A program made the position numbers and the translations under genes. Shown here piece after piece: positions 55,830 to 64,000 of a stretch of DNA of 64,000 nt (position 1 is the first letter of the stretch; every line of letters starts with the position of its first letter). The DNA is from the human T2T-CHM13v2.0 reference genome, Homo sapiens: the NCBI RefSeq assembly GCF_009914755.1, contig NC_060938.1. One strand, written 5' to 3'. The notes beneath the pieces are model-generated. The model was not told where the DNA came from, ran no database searches, and saw only the letters and a program-made list of their open reading frames with translations.

Positions 55830-56265
55830 TGTTACAAGAGCTCCTGAAGGAGACACTAAACGTAGAAAGGAAAAACCAGTACCAGCCACTACAAAAACAT
55901 ATCGAATTGTAAAGACCATTGACACTATAAAGAAACTGCAAACTAATGGGAAAAATAAAAAGCTAGCAACGTCATGACAGGATAAATTTCACCTGTAACA
56001 ATACTAAACTTAAATGTAAATGGGCTAAATGCCCCAGTTAAAAGACACAGACTGGCAAGTTGGATAAAGAGTAAAGACCCATTGTTGTCCTGTATTCAGG
56101 AGACCCATCTCATGTGCAAAGACACACATAGGCTTAAAATAAAGGGATGGAGGAATATTTACCAAGCAAATGGAAAGCAAAAAAGAGCAGGGTTTGCAAT
56201 CCTAGTCTCTGATAAAACAGACATTAACTGAAAAAGATCAAGAGAGACAAAGAAGAGCACTACAA
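55830..56265 (+). mobile_element. L1PA ORF1-end / ORF2-start (endonuclease) fragment
   Basis: caagagctcctgaagga...catgacaggataaatttcac...aatgtaaatgggctaaatgcccca...tgtattcaggagacccatctca. Confidence 0.92.
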
Positions 56266-56267
56266 AG

Positions 56268-59200
56268 CAGTGCCATCTGCTTTTCCTCAGGCCTCTGCTC
56301 CATCAGCCATCAGGTGGCAGCCACCCAGGATGTTGGAACCTGGCCATCCCTGCTTCTTTGAGTGGGTGAGGTTGGTGGCTGCTCCACCTGCTCCAGGCAC
56401 ACCCTTAACAGAGGTGGCTGCTTGCTCTTTAAGCCAGCTTGGCCTTGCCTGGCATGCACAGGCCCCGGGGACCGACATGCTGCTCTGACTGAGACCGTCC
56501 TGACTTTGTCAAATTCTACGTCTGGCCTGGGCCACAGAAGCACAAGTCCCCTGGGTGGTACCACTGGCTGCTTTCTGGACTGGAACATAAAGTCCTCCTC
56601 AAGATGACCTGTGGTCTGCCTCTTGGCAACCAACAAGCCCGCAGTGTCATACGACCCATGAGACATGGACTGAAGGCCCAAAGGGAGTGCACACCATGCT
56701 CCAGAGCCAGCTGCTCCTTTCCTCTATATGGCCCCATTTGCAGCACAGTTGTTGCACTGAGGCTTGTGCATGCTGGGCAAGGGCAAGCTGGCTCAAAGGG
56801 CAACCAGCTATCTTTGCACGGATGTGCCAGCAGCAGGCAGACCAGCCATCAACCTCACACGCTGCCAGTCAGGCTAAATCAGCTCTTCTACCATAAAGGT
56901 AGGGCCACAGTGCCATCTGGTTTTCCTAAGGCCTCTGTTTCTTCAGCCATTAGGTGGCACCCACTCAGGCTTTGGGAACCTGGCTACCCCGGCTTCCTGG
57001 AGTGGGTGAGCTGGTGGCTGCTCCACCTGCTCTAGGTGCACCCTTGCAGAGGTGGCTGGTTGCTCTTTGAGCCAGCTTGGCCTTGCCTGGCATGCACAGA
57101 CCCCAGCTACGGACACGCTACTCCAAGTGAGCTTGTCCTGTCTACGGCCAAATTCTAAGTTTGGCCAGGGCCACAGAAGGCAGAGTCCCGAGGGTGGTAA
57201 TCCTGGCTGCTTTCTGCACTTGAACATAAAGTCCTTCTCAAGACGGCCTATGGTCTGCCTCTTGGCAACCAAGAAGCCCACAGTGACATAAGACCCTTGA
57301 GGCAAGGACTGGAGCCCCCAAAGGCAGCATACACCTTGCTCCTGAGATGGCTGCTTGTTTCCCCTATATGGCTCCATTTGTAGCACAGTAGTAGCACTGA
57401 GGCTTGTGCATGCTGGGCAAGGCTAAGAGGGCTCAAAGAGCAACCAGTCACCTCTGCGAGGGTGTGCCAGGAGCTGGGGGCACAGCCACCAACCTCACTC
57501 GCTGCAGGACATGGAACATCAGTTCTTCTAACAAAAAGGTAGGGCCAAGGGCCATCTGCTTTTCCTAAGGCCTTTGCTCCATCAGCCATCAGGTGGCAGC
57601 CACTCAGGCTGTGGGAACATGGCCATCCACTTCCTTGACTGGGTAAGGTTGGTGGCTGGTCCACCTCCTCCAGACGCACCCCTGCAGAGGTGGCTGGTTG
57701 CTCATTGAGCCAGTTTGGCCTTGTCTGGCATGCACAGATTTGAGGTACTAACACGCTGCTCTGAGTGAGCTTGTCCTGCCTTGGCACAAATTCTATGTCT
57801 GGCCAGGGCCACAGAAGACCAAGTCCCCTGGATGGTGATCCTGGCTGCTTTCTGCAGTGGAACATAAACTCCTTCTCAAGATGGCCTGTGGTTGGCCTCT
57901 TGGCAACCAAGAATCGTGCAGTGGCATAGGAGCCCTGAGGCATGGATTGGAGAGCCGAAGGCAGCGCATACCCTGCTCCTGAGCCTGCTGCTTGTTTCCT
58001 CTCTGTGGCTCCATTTGTAGCACAGTTGTTGCACTGAAGCTTGTACATGCCCGGCAAGGCCAAGCTGGCTCAAAGAGCAACCAGCCACCTCTGCAAGGAA
58101 GAGCAGGTGCACCAGTTACCAACTACAGGTCGGAGATGGTACATCAGTTCTTCAACCCTAAAGTTGGGCCACAGTGCCATCTGCTTTTCCTAAGGCCACT
58201 GCTCCATCAGGAATTAGGTGGCAGCCAAGGCAGGACAAGCACACTCGGAGCAGTGTGTTAGTACCTGGGGCCTGTGCATGCCAGGGAGGCCAAGCTGGCT
58301 CAAAGAGCAACCAGACACCTCTGCAAGGTTTGGCCAGGGCTATAGAAGGTCCCCCTGGATGGTAATCCTGGCTGCTTTCTGCACTTGAATGTAAAGTCCT
58401 CCCCAAGATGGCCTGTGGTCTGCCTCTTGGCAACCAAGAAGCCCGCAGTGCCATGTGACACCTGAGGCATGGACTGGAGCCCCAAAGGCAGGGTACACCC
58501 TTCTCCTGAACCTGCTTCTTGTTTCCTCTATATGGCTCCATTTGTGGCAAAGTTGTTGCACTGAAGCTTGTGCATGCCGGGCAAGGACAAGCTGGCTCAA
58601 ACAGCAACCAGCCACCTCTGCAAAGGTGTAGCAGGAGCCGGTGTACCAGTCACCAATTAGCATCCGGACATGTACATCACTTCTTCCACCCTAAAGGTAG
58701 GGCCACAGTGCCATCTGCTTTTCTTAAGGCCTCTGCTCCATCAGCAATAAGGTGGCAGACACTCGGGCTGTGGGAACCTGGCCATCCCCACTTCCTCGAG
58801 CGGGTGAGGTGGTGGATGCTCCGCCTGCACTAGGCGCACCCTTGCAGAGGTGGCTGGTTGCTCTTTGAGCCAGCTTGGCCTTGCCTGGCATGCATAGGCC
58901 CCAGCTACTGACACGCTGCTCCGAGTGAGCTTGTCCTGCCTTGGCACAAATTTTAAGTCTCGCCAGGGCCACAGAAGGCTTAGTCCCATGGATGGTAATT
59001 TTGGCTGCTTTCTGCACTTGAACGTAAAGTCCTCCTCAAGAAGGCCTGTGGTCCGCCTCTTGGCAACCAAGGAGCCTGCAGTACCATACGACCCGAGGCA
59101 TGGACTGGAGCCCCAAAGGCAGCGCACACCCTGCTCCTGAGCCTGCTGCTTGTTTCCTCTCTGTGTCTCCATTTGTAGGACAGTTGTTGCACTGAGGCTT

Positions 59201-62200
59201 GTGCATGCCAGGCAAGGCCAAGCTGGCTCAAAGAGCAACCACCCACCTCTGCAAGGGTATGCCAGGAGCAGGTGCACCAGTCACCAACTAGCGGCCGGAC
59301 ATGGTACATCTTCTTCTACCCTAAAGTTGGGCTACAGCGCCATTTGCTTTTCCTAAGGCCGCTGCTCCATCAGCAGTTAGGTGGCAGCCAAGGCAGGACA
59401 AGCTCACTCAGAGCAGCGTGTTAGTACCTGGGGCCTGTGCATGCCAGGGAGGCCGAGCTCGCTCAAAGAGCACCCAGCCACCTCTGCAAGGTCTGGCCAG
59501 GGCTACAGAAGGCCCCCCTGGATGGTAATCCTGGCTGCTTTCTGCACTTGAACATAAAGTCCTCCTCAAGATGGCCTGTGGTCTGCCTCTAGGCAACCAA
59601 GAAGCCCGCAGTGCTACCCGACCCCTGAGGCATGGACTAGAGCCCCAAAGGCAATGCACAACCTGCTCCTGAGCCTGCTGCTCGTTTCCTCTCTGTGGCT
59701 ACATTTGTAGCAGAGTAGTTGCACTGAGCTTTGCGCATGCTGGGCAAGGCCAAGCTGGCTCAAAGAGCAACCAGCCACCTCTGCAAGGCTGGGCCAGGAG
59801 AAGGTGGACCAGTCACCAACCTCACTTGCTTCAGGACATGGTACATCCGTTCTTCTACTCTAAAGGTAGGTCCAAGAGGCAGACCACAGGCCATCTTGAG
59901 GAGGACTTTATGTTCAAGTGCAGAAAGCAGGCAGGATTGCCACCCTGGGAACTCGGCCTGCTGTGGTTCGCAGTGCCATACGAGCTCTGAGGCATGGACT
60001 GGTGCCATGTGCTTTATAGAAAAATTAACTTAAGATCCATTAAAGAGCTAAATGTGCCATCTGATTTTCCTCAGGCCTCTGCTCCATCAGCTATCAGGTG
60101 GCAGCCACTCAGGCTGTTGCAACCTGGCCATCCCTGCTTCCTTGAGTAGGTGAGCTTGGTGGCTGGTCCAACTGGTCCAGGCCCACCCTTGCACAGGTGG
60201 CTGGTGGCTCTTTGAGCCAGCTTGGGCTTCCCTGGCATGCGCACGCCTCAGGTAATAACACGCTGCTCCCAGTGAGTTTGTCCTGCCTTGGCACAAATTC
60301 TAAGTCTGGCCAGGGCCACAGAAGGCCGAGTGCCCTGGGTGGCAATCCTGGCTGCTTTCTACACCTGAACGTAAAGTCCTCCTCAAGAGGACCTGTGATC
60401 TGCCTCGTGGCTACCAAGAAGCCCGCAGTGACATATGATGCCTGAGGCATGGACTGGAGCCCCAAAGGCAGTGCACACCCTGCTCCTGAGCCTGCTGCTC
60501 GTTTCTATATGGCTCCATTTGTAGCACAGTTGTTGCACTGAAGCTTGGGCATGCCGGCCAAGGCCAAGCTGGCTCAAAAAGCAACCAGTCACCTCTGCAA
60601 GGGTGTGCCAGGAGCAAGGGCACGAGCTACAACTAGCAGCCGGACATGTACATCACTTCTTCTACCCTAAAGGTAGGGCCACAGTGCCATCTGCTTTTCC
60701 TAAGGCCTCTGTTCCATCAGCAATTAGGTGGCAGCCAATCAAGCTGTGGGAAGCTGGCCATCCCCACTTCCTTGTGTGGCTGAGGTGCTGGATGCTCTGC
60801 CTGCTCTAGGCGCACCCTTGCAGAGTTGGCTGGTTGCTCTTTGAGCCAGCTCGGCCTTGCCTGGCATGCATAGGCCCCAGTGACTGACACGCTGCTCCGA
60901 GTGAGCTTGTCCTGCCTTGGCACAAATTCTATGTCTGGCCAGGGCCACAGAAGGCCGAGTCCCCTGGATGGTAATCCTGGCTGCTTTCTGTACTTGAACG
61001 TAAAGTCCTCATCAAGACGGCCTGTGGTCTGCCTCTTGGCAACCAAGAAGCCTGCAGTGCCATACGACCCCTGAGGCATGGACTGGAGCCCCAAAGGCAG
61101 CGCACACCTGGTTCCTGAGCCTGCTGCTTGTTTCCTCTCTGTGGCTCCATTTGTAGCACAGTTGTTGCACTGAAGCTTGTGCATGCTGGGCAAGGCCAAG
61201 CTGGCTCAAAGAGCAACCAGCCACCTCTGCAAGGGTGTGCCAGGAGCAGGTGCACCAGTCACCAACTAATGGCCACACATGGTACATCACTTCTACCCTA
61301 AAGGTGGGCCACAGTGCCATCTGCTTTTCCTAAGGCCTCTGCTCCATCAGGAATTAGGTGGCAGCCAAGGCAGGACAAGCACACTCGGAGCAGTGTGTTA
61401 GCACCTGGGGCCTGTGCATGCCAGGGAGGCCAAGCTGGCTCAAAGAGCAACCAGACACCTCTGCAAGGTCTGGCCAGGGCTATAGAAGGTCCCCCTGGAT
61501 GGTAATCCTGGCTGCTTTCTGCACTTGAATATAAAGTCCTCCCCAAGATGGCCTGTGGTCTGCCTCTTGGCAACCAAGAAGCCCGCAGTGCCATGTGACA
61601 CCTGAGGCATGGACTGGAGCCCCAAAGGCAGGGTACACCCTTCTCCTGAACCTGCTTCTTGTTTCCTCTATATGGCTCCATTTGTGGCAAAGTTGTTGCA
61701 CTGAAACTTGTGCATGCCGGGCAAGGACAAGCTGGCTCAAAGAGCAACCAGCCACCTCTGCAAAGGTGTAGCAGGAGCCGGTGTACCAGTCACCAATTAG
61801 CATCCGGACATGTACATCACTTCTTCCACCCTAAAGGTAGGGCCACAGTGCCATCTGCTTTTCTTAAGGCCTCTGCTCCATCAGCAATAAGGTGGCAGAC
61901 ACTCGGGCTGTGGGAACCTGGCCATCCCCACTTCCTCGAGCGGGTGAGGTGGTGGATGCTCCGCCTGCACTAGGCGCACCCTTGCAGAGGTGGCTGGTTG
62001 CTCTTTGAGCCAGCTTGGCCTTGCCTGGCATGCATAGGCCCCAGCTACTGACACGCTGCTCCGAGTGAGCTTGTCCTGCCTTGGCACAAATTTTAATTCT
62101 CGCCAGGGCCACAGAAGGCTCAGTCCCATGGATGGTAATTTTGGCTGCTTTCTGCACTTGAACGTAAAGTCCTCCTCAAGAAGGCCTGTGGTCCGCCTCT

Positions 62201-64000
62201 TGGCAACCAAGAAGCCTGCAGTACCATACGACCCGAGGCATGGACTGGAGCCCCAAAGGCAGTGCACACCCTGCTCCTGAGCTTGCTGCTTGTTTCCTCT
62301 CTGTGGCTCCATTTGTAGGACAGTTGTTGCACTGAAGCTTGTGCATGCCGGGCAAGGCCAAGCTGGCTCAAAGAGCAACCACCCACCTCTGCAAGGGTAT
62401 GCCTGGAGCAGGTGCACCAGTCACCATCTAGCGGCCGGACATGGTACATCACTTCTTCTACCCTAAAGGTGGGCTACAGCACCATCTGCTTTTCCTAAGG
62501 CCACTGCTCCATCAGCAGTTAGGTGGCAGCCAAGGCAGGACAAGCTCACTCAGAGCAGCGTGTTAGTACCTGGGGCCTGTGCATGCCAGGGAGGCCGAGC
62601 TCGCTCAAAGAGCAACCAGACACCTCTGCAAGGTCTGGCCAGGGCTACAGAAGTCCCCGCTGGATGGTAATCCTGGCTGCTTTCTGCACTTGAATATAAA
62701 GTCCTCCCCAAGATGACCTGTGGTCTGCCTCTTGGCAACCAAGAAGCCCGCAGTGCCATGTGACACCTGAGGCATGGACTGGAGCCCCAAAGGCAGGGTA
62801 CACGCTTCTCCTGAACCTGCTTCTTGTTTCCTCTATATGGCTCCATTTGTGGCAAAGTTGTTGCGCTGATGCTTGTGCATGCCGGGCAAGGACAAGCTGG
62901 CTCAAAGAGCAACCAGCCACCTCTGCAAGGGTGTGGCAGGAGCCGGTGTACCAGTCACCAATTAGCGTCCGGACATGTACATCACTTCTTCCACCCTAAA
63001 GGTAGGGCCACAGTGCCATCTGCTTTTCTTAAGGCCTCTGCTCCATCAGCAATAAGGTGGCAGACACTCAGGCTGTGGGAACCTGGCCATCCCCACTTCC
63101 TCGAGCGGTTGAGGTGGTGGATGCTCCGCCTGCACTAGGCGCACCCTTGCAGAGGTGGCTGGTTGCTCTTTGAGCCAGCTTGGCCTTGCCTGGCATGCAC
63201 AGGCCCCAGCTACTGACACGCTGCTCCGAGTGAGCTTGTCCTGCCTTGGCACAAATTTTAAGTCTCGCCAGGGCCACAGAAGGCTCAGTCCCGTGGATGG
63301 TAATTTTGGCTGCTTTCTGCACTTGAACGTAAAGTCCTCCTCAAGAAGGCCTGTGGTCTGCCTCTTGGCAACCAAGAAGCCTGCAGTACCGTACGACCCG
63401 AGGCATGGACTGGAGCCCCAAAGGCAGTGCACACCCTGATCCTGAGCCTGCTGCTCGTTTCTATATGGCTCCATTTGTAGCACAGTTGTTGCACTGAAGC
63501 TTGGGCATGCCGGCCAAGGCCAAGCTGGCTCAAAAAGCAACCAGTCACCTCTGCAAGGGTGTGCCAGGAGCAAGGGCACGAGCTACCAACTAGCAGCCGG
63601 ACATGTACATCACTTCTTCTACCCTAAAGGTAGGGCCACAGTGCCATCTGCTTTTCTTAAGGCCTCTGCTCCATCAGCAATAAGGTGGCAGACACTCAGG
63701 CTGTGGGAACCTGGCCATCCCCACTTCCTCGAGCGGGTGAGGTGGTGGATGCTCCGCCTGCACTAGGCGCACCCTTGCAGAGGTGGCTGGTTGCTCTTTG
63801 AGCCAGCTTGGCCTTGCCTGGCATGCATAGGCCCCAGCTACTGACACGCTGCTCCGAGTGAGCTTGTCCTGCCTTGGCACAAATTTTAAGTCTCGCCAGG
63901 GCCACAGAAGGCTCAGTCCCATGGATGGTAATTTTGGCTGCTTTCTGCACTTGAACGTAAAGTCCTCCTAAAGAAGGCCTGTGGTCCGCCTCTTGGCAAC
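56268..64000. repeat. Macrosatellite of ~630-bp (A) and 534-bp (B) units, A units carrying internal inverted repeats; at least 12.5 units, runs off the window
   Basis: Anchor GCCATCTG at 56272, 56912, 57551, 58176, 58710, 59339, 60056, 60686, 61316, 61850, 62481, 63015 and 63643. Confidence 0.97.

Noticed and set aside
56270-63950. Many 100-270 aa ORFs in the macrosatellite (e.g. 57248-58063)
   Set aside because: They occur in several frames, shift frame between units and show no domain; expected from GC-rich repeats.

Overview
Primate (almost certainly human) pericentromeric segmental-duplication DNA with no intact protein-coding gene. It resembles the POTE-adjacent duplicon found at 14q11.2, 22q11.1 and paralogous sites; the exact paralog cannot be fixed from this window. 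Gene-derived content: the 5' exons and CpG-island promoter of a DUXAP8/9/10 (LINC01296)-family lncRNA on the minus strand (about 6.8-10.8 kb), a processed GRAMD4 pseudogene split by a twin-primed L1 (44.9-46.7 kb), ANKRD18/20A-family pseudo-exon(s) (48.9-54.9 kb) and a short Y3 RNA retrocopy. Interspersed repeats include Alu, L1, LTR, MIR and MER3. The window carries an unusual set of tandem arrays: a 33-bp satellite (0.8-3.2 kb), a tandem L1 3'-end array that appears to donate paralogous lncRNA exons (4.1-10.3 kb), a ~310-bp CpG-rich satellite (17.9-20.3 kb), a ~6-monomer alpha-satellite insertion flanked by a 7-bp direct repeat (30.1-31.1 kb), a ~38-bp GC-rich minisatellite (34.1-36.3 kb) and a ~630-bp macrosatellite (56.3 kb to the end). 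The macrosatellite is the best candidate for an under-described system: its A-type units each hold a long, near-perfect inverted repeat, with flipped-arm variants and higher-order structure, so it could template dsRNA or small RNA. Locus names and TE subfamilies are from memory and were not checked by search.
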